NCBI GenBank assembly: GCA_051362555.1 | Contig: CM120648.1 | Location: 20,084,587-20,148,586, forward strand | DNA from: Lingula anatina | Lineage: Eukaryota > Animalia > Brachiopoda | Direction: 5' to 3' | Length of the DNA: 64,000 nt | The notes under the pieces: model-generated | What the model saw: only the letters and a program-made list of their open reading frames with translations | What the model was told of the DNA's origin: nothing | Database searches by the model: none | Shown: in pieces, positions 12,331 through 25,425 of the stretch | Layout: every line of letters starts with the position of its first letter | How positions within the stretch are numbered: position 1 is the first letter of the stretch | Translations under genes and position numbers: made by a program

Positions 12331-13148
12331 GTGAGTAACATGTATTAACTGTGGATAGATATGATTATTATGAAAATTTTTTGAAAGTTAATTAGTCTTA
12401 CAATGTTTTTATTCATGATTATGTTTGCCTTTATTTCAATAAAAAAACTTTTAAGCATATTTAAATTCAGTGAGCACACAGCTGTGCTTTAGTAAAAATG
12501 TATGTAGAGTGGAGACATTTTCTATAGTTAATACTTTACTGTTACTGACCAATTTCTATGAACCCATTATAGTGATTAGGATTTTGAATAATGATGAAGA
12601 ACTCTTTTTAATGGAATTTATAGTATGCTTTATTTGTATTTTTATTAAGTCACAAGAAAAACATCTTATATTGTTTAATCCCTAAACTTCTTGTCCATTT
12701 GTCAGTGAAGAACAACTCAAGTCTCACAACAGAACAGTCCAATTCTTCATATTCTTCATCTTGTAGCTGTTCATGAAAGCTTAGATATACCTCAATATAT
12801 CTCAAATGTACTTTGTCAAGTTTCTTGATGTCTTACCACTTCTAGATTCAAAGACATTTCATCACCAGTTTGTTGTTAACACACACAAATAAATTAAATG
12901 TTGAAGTACTTTGGATGATACCTTATTTTCCTGACTTTGTGGATTGTTCTTTGCAAATAAAACTAGCAGACGACCATTTTTCATGAAATGGAACTACTTT
13001 TCACAGGAAGTAGTGTATTCATACACAACAGTGACCTTGGGTTTGGAATACAAAAAAATAGTACATGCATTCATACTGTCACAGCATGCAAATTATAATG
13101 AAATATACAAAACTAAACACATTTTTATGTAACACAAAAAGTTAAATG

Positions 13149-13247
<99 letters not shown>

Positions 13248-16200
13248 CTGGATAAAAACATTGATGAAATGGTTTTGACCACCTTTTTGGACTTTTTAAA
13301 CTTCATGCTGATGGACCCACATATTTATGTCAAAGGCCCGGACCAAATCTAGTCCCATGCATAAAAAGCCCAGACCCCATGTTTATTACGCCCTGGCTGG
13401 GCCCATTCTTAATGGTGTTTGTTTTGTTAACAGCATAGTGGGCAAGTTAATTGGCCAAGCTGCCAGTTTGTTTGTATGGCATGTGCAGGGGATGTCTTAT
13501 AGAATAATAAAATCAGACAGAATATGCTGTGATTCCTAAATAAAATGGATGGGGGGGGGGGGGGGGGTAGGAGACACCAAGGGGCTCATGATTATAAATA
13601 CCATATAGCATTAATAATGATGGTTACATCCCAGATATTTTGCTCCTATGAACAGTGTCTTTGATATCAGTCTATCGGCAATCTCCAATCATAAATTGTT
13701 AATTTATCAGACACTTGTAACATTAACCACATTTAATTGTTCACCCTGATTGTGAAACAGCTGTTTGCTCCAGATGTACTTAGTCTTCTCCAAATTAAAA
13801 AAAAAATTATGGATGTTGATAAAATTTATTCTGAACAGTCTATAAGCCAGGCAGATTCAGTACAATGGCATATGTATTTGTAGGTTGATAAGTTATTAAA
13901 TAAAGAAAAAAAAAAAACTTCATGTAATAATCATAATAGTGATACATAATACATGTATGATGATACATTTCACCACATTATGATGCAAACACCATCAAAT
14001 GGAAACAAAAATAAACTTGTTATTAAACCAACTCAACAAATGTTTGTGCCAAGCAGATATTTAGCATTGTACAATGTACATGTATTTCAGGAACTGCTCA
14101 GAATTATGCTGATTGCCATTTCAATTCTAAATTAAACAAACATCAACGTTGCCTACAAAACTGATACAACTGCACCAAATATCTCTTGCTATATGAAATA
14201 CTTGTTGAAATGATGTTTTCAATAGAACTTATATTTTGTTTCATTTTTATGTACAGACACAGATGTGTCTGTACATATTGCCATCACCTGCGTCTGTCGT
14301 CGCCGATGCCGATGGCGATGGCGATGGCGATGCCGATGCCGATGCCGTGCACTTTTCTTGTAAACACGATAAGTGGAGGGCAGTTTTACTTTTTGGCTTT
14401 ATATTTACAGAGCTGATGAATATTCATAAAACGCAGGTCAAGTTCGAAAATCAGCATGATCGGGCCATTATTGTAGAAGTTATGCTGTTTTTTCACTTTT
14501 CAGCATATTTTTCACATTTCCTCAGATTCAATTCTTAGGCATGTTAACAGTCTCATTATTAAACTAATAAGATACGTAAAAGTTTTTGTTTGACATTTCC
14601 TGCATCTTTACAACATTGTTAGTTGATTTTGTAAAAATGATGGTAAACTTGTTATCGTGTATTGTGTAATAAAGTTTCAAAAATGGAAATAAACTCATAT
14701 CATTGCAGTTTGTCAGATTCAATCATTCACTATGTTCAGAATCTCAGAATGGAAGAAATTGGACATTTAACACTGCTTTATTGATATTTTTCCCATCTCA
14801 TCAATTTTTTTAGTTGATCATATAAAAATGGCAGTAAACTGTTAATTTTGTTTTATGTTAAAAGTTGTTAAAAATGGAAAAAAAAAAAAACATTTCAGAA
14901 CAGTGCTGTCTTGTTTACATTTTGGCATTTTCAAGTTGTGACTTTAAAGTTCCATGGGCCTGAAGACCTTTGCTAGTCACATTTTCTGAATATCCATGAT
15001 ACTAATATTTTATTATTAAAAATTGATGGTCATTATGCTGTTAAACATTATGTAATATTGCATCAAAATTTGAAAAAAAAACTATTTTGGGCACTGCTCC
15101 CATGATGACCATTTAAGAAAAACCATGTCACTTACTGTTCTCAAACAGTACAGTAAATATATATATAGATGTGTCTGTACATATTGCCATCACCTGCGTC
15201 TGTCGTTGCCGTCATCGCCGTCACCGGCGCCGTGCACTTTCATTGTAAACACGATAAGTGGAAGGCAGTTTTACTTTTTGGCTTTATATTTACAGAGCTG
15301 ATGAATATTCATAAAACGCAGGTCAAGTTCGAAAATCAGCATGATCGGGCCATTATTGTAGAAGTAATGCTTTTTTTTCACTTTTCAGCATATATGGAAC
15401 ACTGTAAACACATTCCAAGGAAAACCGATAGGCCTGTTGTCATGAAACTCACAGGAGTAATCTATCTTACTAAAACGCAGGTCAAGTTCGAAAATCGGCA
15501 TGATCAGGCCACTATTTTAGTAGTTATGCTTTTTTTTTTCACTTTTCAGCATATATGCAACACTGTAAACACAATATACGAAAAACAGATAGGCCAATTG
15601 TCATTAAACTCACAGGAGTTGCCAATCCTGCTAAAACGCAGGTTGAGTTAAAAAATCAGCATAATCGGGCCATTATTTTAGAAGTTATGTTGTTTTTTCA
15701 CATTTCCTCAGATTCAATTCTTAGGCATGTAAACAGTTTCATTATTTAATTAATAAGATATTAAAAGTGTTTGTTTGACATTTCCTGAATCTTTACAACA
15801 TTGATAGTTGATTTTGTAAAAATGATGGTTAATTTGTTATCGTGTATTGTGTAATAAAGTTTCAAAAATGGAAATAAACTCATATCATTGCAGTTTGTCA
15901 GATTCAATCATTCACTATGTTCAGAATCTCAGAATGGAAGAAATTGGACATTTAACACTGCTCTATTGATATTTTTCCCATCTCATCAATTTTCTTAGTT
16001 GATCATATAAAAATGGCAGTAAGCTGTTAATTTTGTTTTATGTTAAAAATTGTTAAAAATGAAAAAAAAAAAAAAAAACATTTCAGAACAATGCTGTCTT
16101 GTTTACATTTTGGCATTTTCAAGTTGTGACTTTGAAGTTCCATGGGCCTTAAGACCTTTGCTAGTCACATTTTCTGAATATCCATGATACTAATATTTTA

Positions 16201-19200
16201 TTATTAAAAATTGATGGTCATTATGCTGTTAAACATTATGTAATATTGCATCAAAATTTGAAAAAAACCTACTTTGGGCACTGCTCCCATGATGATCATT
16301 TAAGAAAAACCATGTCACTTACTGTTCTCAAACAGTACAGTAAATATGTACAGATGTGTCTGTACATATTGCCATCACCTGCGTCTGTCGTCGCCATCAG
16401 CGCCGTCACCGGCGCCTTGCACTTTCATTGTAAACACGATAAGTGGAAGGCAGTTTTACTTTTGGGCTTTATATTTACAGAGCTGATGAATATTCATAAA
16501 ACGCAGGTCAAGTTTGAAAATCAGCATGATTGGGCCATTATTGTAGAAGTCATGCCTTTTTTCACTTTTCAGCATATTTCACATATTGGCATTTTCAAGG
16601 TGTGACTTTGAAGTTCTACATGCTTGAAGACCCATGCTAGTGACATTTTCTGAAAATCCATGATACGTATATTTTATTATTAAAAATTGACGGTCATTAT
16701 GCTGTTAACCAACATGTAATATTGCATCAGAATAGAAGAAAACAATTATGGGTGCTGCTGCCATGATGACCATTATGGGAAAACCATGTTACTTATGATT
16801 GCCAAATGTTCAAAAAAGAAATGCAGGACTAAAATGCAGCCTGAGTTGGAAAAGTAGTCTAATTGGCTTCTTTTTCTGGAAGTTATACATTTTCAAAGTG
16901 TGAACTTGAACTCCCATGGGCCTGAAGCCTTATGCTTGTTACACATTTTACTTACATTGGTATTACCTGTTGAGCATAATTAAAATTTGATGTTGAATTT
17001 GCAGTTTAACATAATGTACTTTTGCATCAGAATTGACAGTAGCCTATTTTGTGCATAGTTATTTCCTGCTTTTTGTCTGTACATTTGACAGCTTTGCTGC
17101 CTTGTTTTATTTAATCATGAGAAAAACATTCTAAAATGTTTAATCCCATTTCTTAGTATTATCATTATGCTTCACATATATATCAAGGCTGTTGCAATGT
17201 TTTTTTATGTACAGACACAGATGTGTCTGTACATATAGCCATCATCTGCATCTGTCGTCGCCGTCGCCGTTGGCGTGCACTTTAACCGTAAACACGATAA
17301 GTGAAAAGCCATTTTACCTTTTGGCTTGAAACTTACAGAACTGATGAATATTCATAATACGCCGGTCAAGTTCGAAAATCAGCATGATCGGGCCATTTTT
17401 AGGGAAGTTATGCTTTTTTTTCACTTTTTTCAGCATATATGCAACACCGTAAACACGATAAGTGAAAAACTGTATTACATTTTGGCTTGAAACTTACAGT
17501 ACTGATGAATATTCATAATACGCCAGTTAAGTTCGAAAATCAGCATGATTGGGTCATTTTTAGGAAAGTTATGCTTTTTTTTCACTTTTTTCAGCATATA
17601 TGCAACACCGTAAACACGATAAGTGAAAAACTGTATTACATTTTGGCTTGAAATTTACAGTACTGATGAATATTCATAATACGCCAGTTAAGTTCGAAAA
17701 TCAGCATGATTGGGTCATTTTTAGGAAAGTTATGCTTTTTTTTCACTTTTTTCAGCATATATGCAACACCGTAAACACGATAAGTGAAAAACTGTAATAC
17801 ATTTTGGCTTGAAACTTACAGAACTGATGAATATTCATAATTCGCCAGTCAAGTTTGAAAATCAGCATGATCGGGTAATTTTTAGGGAAGTTATGCTTTT
17901 TTTTTCACTTTTTTCAGCATATATGCAACACCGTAAACACAATATAAGAAAAACAGATAGGCCAATTGTCATTGTACTCACAGGAGTGGTCAATCTTACT
18001 AAAATGCAGGTTGAGTTCAAAAATCAGTATAATAGGGCCATTATTTTAGGAGTTATGCTGTTTTTTCACAATTCCTCAGATTCAATTCTTAGGCATGTTA
18101 ATAGTCTCATAATTGAACTAATAAGAAATGTAATAGTGTTTGTTTGATATTTCCTGCATCTTTACAACATTTTTAGCTGATTATGTAAAAATGATGGTAA
18201 ACTTGTTATCGTGTATTGTGTAATAAAGTGTCAAAAATGGAAATAAACTCATATCATTGCAGTTTGTCAGATGCATTCATCCACTATGTTCAGAATCTCA
18301 GAATGGAGGAAGTTGGACATTTAACACTGTTCTATTGATACTTTTTCCATCTCATCAATTTTCTTCATTGGTCATATAAAAATGGCAGTAAACTGTTTAT
18401 TTTGTTTTATGTTAAAATAGTGTTAAAAATGGAAATAAACCCATTTCAGAACAGTGCTGTCTTGTTTACATTTTGGCATTTTCAATATGTGACTTTAAAG
18501 TTCCATGGGCCTGAAGACTTTTGCTAGTCACATTTTCTGAATAACCATGATACTAATATTTTATAATTAAAAATTGATGGTCATTATGCTGCAAAACATT
18601 ATGTAATGTTGCATCAAAATTTGAAGAAACCCCTATTTTGGGCACTGCTCCCATGATGACCATTTAAGGAAAATCATGTCAATTACTGTTCTCAAACTTA
18701 CAGGAAAGAAACATGGGTCTAAAATACAGCTCCAGTAGACAATGCAGTCTGTTTGGTAAATTTTTCTGGCAATTAAACAGTTTTTTGTGAAAATTTAATT
18801 TTTTACTTATTGGCATTTCCAAGGTGTGACTTAGAACCTCCACGGGCTTGAAGACCTATGCTAGTCACATTTTCTTAAAATCCATGACAGGTATAATTTA
18901 TTATGAAAAATGGATGGTCATTATGCTGTAAAACATTATGTCATATTGCATCAAAATTTGAAGAAACCCCTATTTTGGGCACTGCTCACATGATGACCAT
19001 TTAAGGAAAGTCATGTCACTTACTGTTCTCAAACTTACAGGAAAGAAACATGGGACTAAAATACAGCTTCAGTAGGCAATGCAGTCTGTTTGGTAAATTT
19101 TTCTGGTAGTTAAGCAGTTTTTTTGTGAAAATTTAATTTTTCACATATTGGCATTTCCAAGGTGTGACTTAGAAGTTCCATGATCCTGAAGACCTTTGCT

Positions 19201-22200
19201 TGTCACATTTTCTGAATATGCGTTATACTAATATTTTATAATTAAAAATTGATGGTCATTATGCTGTTAAACATTATGTAATATTGCTTCAAAATTTGAA
19301 GAAACCCCTGTTTTGGGCACTGCTCCCATGATGACCATTTAAGGAAAATCGTGTCAATTACTGTTCTCAAACTTACAGGAAAGAAACATGGGTCTAAAAT
19401 ACAGCTTCAGTAGGCAATGAAGTCTGTTTGGTAAATTTTTCTGGCAATTAAACAGTTTTTTGTGAAAATGTAATTTTTATGTACAGACACAGATGTGTCT
19501 GTACATATTGCCATCACCTGCGTCTGTCGTCGCCGATGCCGTCGCCGATGCCGATGCCGATGCCGTCGCCGATGCCATGCACTTTCCTTGTAAACACGAT
19601 AAGTGGAGGACAGTTTTACTTTTTGGATTTATATTTACAGAGCTGATGAATATTCATAAAACGCAGGTCAAGTTCGAAAATCAGCATGATCGGGCCATTA
19701 TTGTAGAACTTATGCTGTTTTTTCACTTTTCAGCATATATGCAACCCTGTAAACACATTTTAAGGAACGCCGTTAGGCCTGTTGTCATGAAACTCACAGG
19801 ATTAATCAATCTTACTAAAACGCAGGTCAAGTTCGAAAATCGGCATGATCGGGCCATTACTTTAGAAGTTATGCTGTTTTTTCACATTTCCTCAGATTCA
19901 ATTCTTAGGCATGTTAACAGTCTTATTATTTTACTAATAAGATACATAAAAGTGTTTGTTTGACATTTCCTGAATCTTTACAACATTGTTAGTTGATTAT
20001 GTAAAAATGATGGTAAACTTGTTATCGTGTATTGTGTAATAAAGTGTCAAAAATGGAAATAAACTCATATCATTGCAGTTTGTCAGATGCAATCATTCAC
20101 TATGTTCAGAATCTCAGGATGGAGGAAATTGGACATTTAACAATGTTGTATTGATATTTTTCCCATCTCATGAATTTTCTTAGTTGATTGTATAAAAATG
20201 GCAGGAACCTGTTAATTTTGTTTATGTTAAAAAAATTGTTAAAAATGAAAAAAAAAACATTTCAGAACAGTGCTGTCTTGTTTACATTTTGGCATTTTCA
20301 AGTTGTGACTTTGAAGTTCCATGGGCCTGAAGACCTTTGCTAGTCACATTTTCTGAATATCCATGATACTAATATTTTATTATTAAAAATTGATGGTCAT
20401 TAAGCTGTTTAACATTATGTAATATTGCATCAAAATTTGAAAAAAACTTATTTTGGGCACTGCTCCCATGATGACCATTTAAGAAAAACCATGTCACTTA
20501 CTGTTCTCAAACAGTACAGTAAATATATATATAGATGTGTCTGTACATATTGCCATCACCTGCGTCTGTCGTGGCTGGCATTGCCGTCACTGTCACTGTC
20601 ACTGTCGCCGTGCACTTTCATTGTAAACGTGATAAGTGGAAGGCAGTTTTACTTTTTGGCTGTATATTTACAGAGCTGATGAATATCCATAAAACGCAGG
20701 TCAAGTCCGAAAATCAGCATGATCGGGCCATTATTGAAGAACTTATGCTGTTTTTTCACTTTTCAGCATATATGCAACACTGTAAACACATTTCAAGGAA
20801 AACCGTTAGGCCTGTTGTCATGAAACTCATAGGAGTAATCAATCTTACTATAACGCAGGTCAAGTTAGAAAATAGGCATGATCGGGCCACTATTTTAGTT
20901 ATGCTTTTTTTTTCACTTTTCAGCATATATGCAACACTGTAAACACAAAATAAGAAAAACAGATAGGCCAATTGTCAGTAAACTCACAGGAGTGGTCATT
21001 CCTGCTAAAACGCAGGTTGAGTTTAAAAATCAGCTTAATCGGGCCATTATTTTGAAGAAATGCTGTTTTTTCACATTTCCTCAGATTTAATTCTTAGGCA
21101 TGTTAACATGCATGTTTCATTATTTAATTAGTAAGATACGTAAAAGTGTTTGTTTGGCATTTCCTGCATCTTTACAACATTATTAGTTCATTATGTAAAA
21201 ATGATGGTAAACTTGTTATCGTGTATTGTGTAATAAAGTTTCAGAAAATGGAAATAAACTCATATCATTGCAGTTTGTCAGATTCAATCATTGACATTCA
21301 CTATGTTCAGAATCTCAGAATGGAAGAAATTGGACATTTAACACTGCTCTATTGATATTTTTCCCATCTCATCAATTTTCTTAGTTGATCATATAAAAAC
21401 GGCAGTAAACTGTTAATTTTGTTTTATGTTAAAAATTGTTAAAAATGGAAAAAAAAAAAAAATTCAGAACAGTGCTGTCTTGTTTACATTTTGGCATTTT
21501 CAAGTTGTGACTTTGAAGTTCCATGGGCCTGAAGACCTTTGCTAGTAACATTTTCTGAATATCCATAATACTCATCATTATGCTGTTAAACATTATGTAA
21601 TATTGCATCAAAATTTGAAAAAAAAAAACTATTTTGGGCACTGCCCCCATGATGACCATTTAAGAAAAACCATGTCACTTACTGTTCTCAAACTTACAGG
21701 AAAGAAACATGGGACTAAAATACAGCTTCAGTAGGCAATGCAGTCTGTTTGGTAATTCTTACTGCCAGTTAAACAGTTTTTTTGTGAAAATTTAATTTTT
21801 TCACATATTGGCATTTTCAAGGTGTAACTTTGAAGTTCCACGGGCTTGAAGACCCATGCTAGTCACATTTTCTGAAAATCCATGTATATTTTATTATTAA
21901 AAATTGACGGTCATTATGCTGTTAACCATTATTATGTACAGACACAGATGTGTCTGTACATATTGCCATCACCTGCGTCTGTCGTCGCCGATGGCGATGC
22001 CGATGGCGATGCCGATGCCGATGCCGTCGCCGTGCACTTTCCTTGTAAACACGATAAGTGGAAGGCAGTTTTACTTTTTGGCTTTATATTTACAGAGCTG
22101 ATGAATATTCATAAAACGCAGGTCAAGTTCGAAAATCAGCATGATCGGGCCATTATTGTAGAAGTTATGCTGTTTTTTCACTTTTCAGCATATTTTTCAC

Positions 22201-25200
22201 ATTTCCTCAGATTCAATTCTTAGGCATGTTAACAGTCTCATTATTAAACTAATAAGATACGTAAAAGTTTTTGTTTGACATTTCCTGCATCTTTACAACA
22301 TTGTTAGTTGATTTTGTAAAAATGATGGTAAACTTATTATCGTGTATTGTGTAATAAAGTGTCAAAAATGGAAATAAACTCATATCATTGCAGTTTGTCA
22401 GATTCAGTCATTCACTATGTTCAGAATCTCAGAATCGAAGAAATTGGACATTTAACACTGCTTTATTGATATTTTTCCCATCTCATCAATTTTCTTAGTT
22501 GATCATATAAAAATTGCAGTAAACTGTTAATTTTGTTTTATGTTAAAAATTGTTAAAAATGGAAAAGAAAAACATTTCAGAACAGTGCTGTCTTGTTTAC
22601 ATTTTGGCATTTTCAAGTTGTGACTTTGAAGTTCCATGGGCCTGAAGACCTTTGCTAGTCACATTTTCTGAATATCCATGATACTAATATTTTATTATTA
22701 AAAATTGATGGTCATTATGCTGTTAAACATTATGTAATATTGCATCAAAATTTGAAAAAAAACCTATTTTGGGCACTGCTCCTATGATGACCATTTAAGA
22801 AAAACCATGTCACTTACTGTTCTCAAACAGTACAGTAAATATATATATAGATGTGTCTGTACATATTGCCATCACCTGCGTCTGTCGTCGCCGTCATTGC
22901 CGTCGCCGATGCCGTGCACTTTCATTGTAAACACGATAAGTGGAAGGCAGTTTTACTTTTGGGCTTTATATTTACAGAGCTGATGAATATTCATAAAACG
23001 CAGGTCAAGTTCGAAAATCGGCATGATCGGGCCACTATTTTAGTAGTTATGCTGTTTTTTTCATTTTTCAGCATATATGCAACACTGTAAACACAATATA
23101 AGAAAAACAGATAGGCCAATTGTCATTAAACTCACAGGAGTGGTCAATCTTACTAAAACGCAGGTTGAGTTCGAAAATCAGCATAATCGGGCCATTATTT
23201 TAGAAGTTATGCTGTTTTTTCACATTTCCTCAGATTAAATTCTTAGGCATGTTAACAGTCTTATTGTTTTACTAATAAGATACATAAAAGTGTTTGTTTG
23301 ACATTTCCTGCATCTTTACAACATTGTAAGTTGATTATGTAAAAATGATGATAAACGGTAATAAAGTGTCAAAAATGGAAATAAACTCATATCATTGCAG
23401 TTTGTGAGATTCAATCATTCACTATGTTCAGAATCTCAGAATGGAGGAAATTGGACATTTAACACTATTCTATTGATATTTTTCCCATCTCATCAATTTT
23501 CTTAGTTGATCATATAAAAATTGCAGTAAACTGTTTATTTTGTTTTATGTTAAAAAATTGTTAAAAATGAAAAAAAAAAAAAAAAAACATTTCAGAACAG
23601 TGCTGTCTTTGTTTACATTTTGGCATTTTGAAGTTGTGACTTTGAAGTTCCATGGGCCTGAAGACCTTTGCTAGTCACATTTTCTGAATATCCATGATAC
23701 TAATATTTTATTATTAAAATTGATGGTCATTATGCTGTTAAACATTATGTAATATTGCATCAAAATTTAAAAAAAACTATTTTGGGCACTGCTCCCATGA
23801 TGACCATTTAAGAATAAAAACCATGTCACTTACTGTTCTCAAACTTACAGGAAAGAAACATGGGACTAAAATACAGCTTCAGTAGGCAATGCAGTCTGTT
23901 TGGTAATTCTTACTGCCAGTTAAACGGTTTCACATATTGGCATTTTCAAAGTGTGACTTTGAAGTTCCACGGGCTTGTTTATTATTGCATCAAAATTGGC
24001 AAAATGACCTCTTTTGCATCCCTTTTTCTGTTATTTTGTCTGTACATTTGACAGCTTTGCTGCCTTGTGTAATATTGCATCAGAATAGAAGAAAACACAA
24101 TTTTGGGTGCTGCTTGAGCATAATTAAAATTTGATGTTGAATTTGCAGTTTAACATAATGTACTTTTGCATCAGAATTGACAGTAGCCTATTTTGTGCAT
24201 AGTTATTTCCTGTTTTTTGTCTGTACATTTGACAGCTTTGCTGCCTTGTTCACATATTGGCATTTCCAAGGTGTGACTTAGAACCTCCACGGGCTTGAAG
24301 ACCCATGCTAGTCACATTTTCTGAAAATTCATGACACTTATATTTTATTATGAAAAATGGATGGTCATTATGCCGTTAAGCATTATGTAATGTTGCATCA
24401 AAATAGAAGAAAACACAATTTTGGGTGCTGCTGCCTTGATGACCATTATGGGAAAACTGTGTTACTTATGACTGTCAAACTTTCAAAAAAGAAACACAGG
24501 ACTAAAATGCAGCCTGAGTTGGGAAAGCAGTCTAATTGGCTTCTTTTTCTGGAAGCTATACATTTTAGTGTAATATTCATTATCTTTTTGGCATATTCAT
24601 TGTGGGACTCAGAGCTCCCATGGACATGAAGCCGAATGGTAATCATATTTTCTACATGTCCATCCTATTTATAGTCAATAAACAAAAATTGGTGATAATT
24701 ATTCTCTAATTTATTATGTAATGTTACATCAAAATTGACAACAATCTTTTTGCACTGCTACTGCAAACATTATGAAAAGAAAACTGTGCGACTCATTATC
24801 ATTTTTAACTTACAAGTACGATTTTTAGGATTGGCCTTCAGCTCATATGAGAAAACCAGCTCTATTGGATTATCATTTTTATTGAATTTATGCATTTTTT
24901 GTGAAATTTTCATTTTTCTCATTCTGGCACTTTCTAAGTATAAACTTGAACTCCGATCGGCCTGAAGCCTTATGCTTTTAATTTCATCTGTGTTACCTGT
25001 TGATGTTGACTGTGCAGTTAAACATAATGTATTATTGCATCAGGATTGGTAGTCTCCTATTTTGGGCATTATGGTTTTGTGCTTTTCTTAAAGTGTGACT
25101 TATGGGCCTAAAGACCTTTGAGTGGGTCAGTCTGTAAATTACCCTTGGGTATCACTAGATTAATTTCAGAGTTATAAAGTCATTTGCCTTAATAGGCCAT

Positions 25201-25339
25201 TAAATGAGATTACATAAAGCACACTTGTTGATATTTCCCTGTAAACGCCCAAAGGTAAAGCTCTCTGCTAGATTAATAATAAGGAAGCAGTGATAATTAT
25301 GCAGGTAAATTTTGTTTAATATTGCAAATAAGTTTTAAA

Positions 25340-25425
<86 letters not shown>
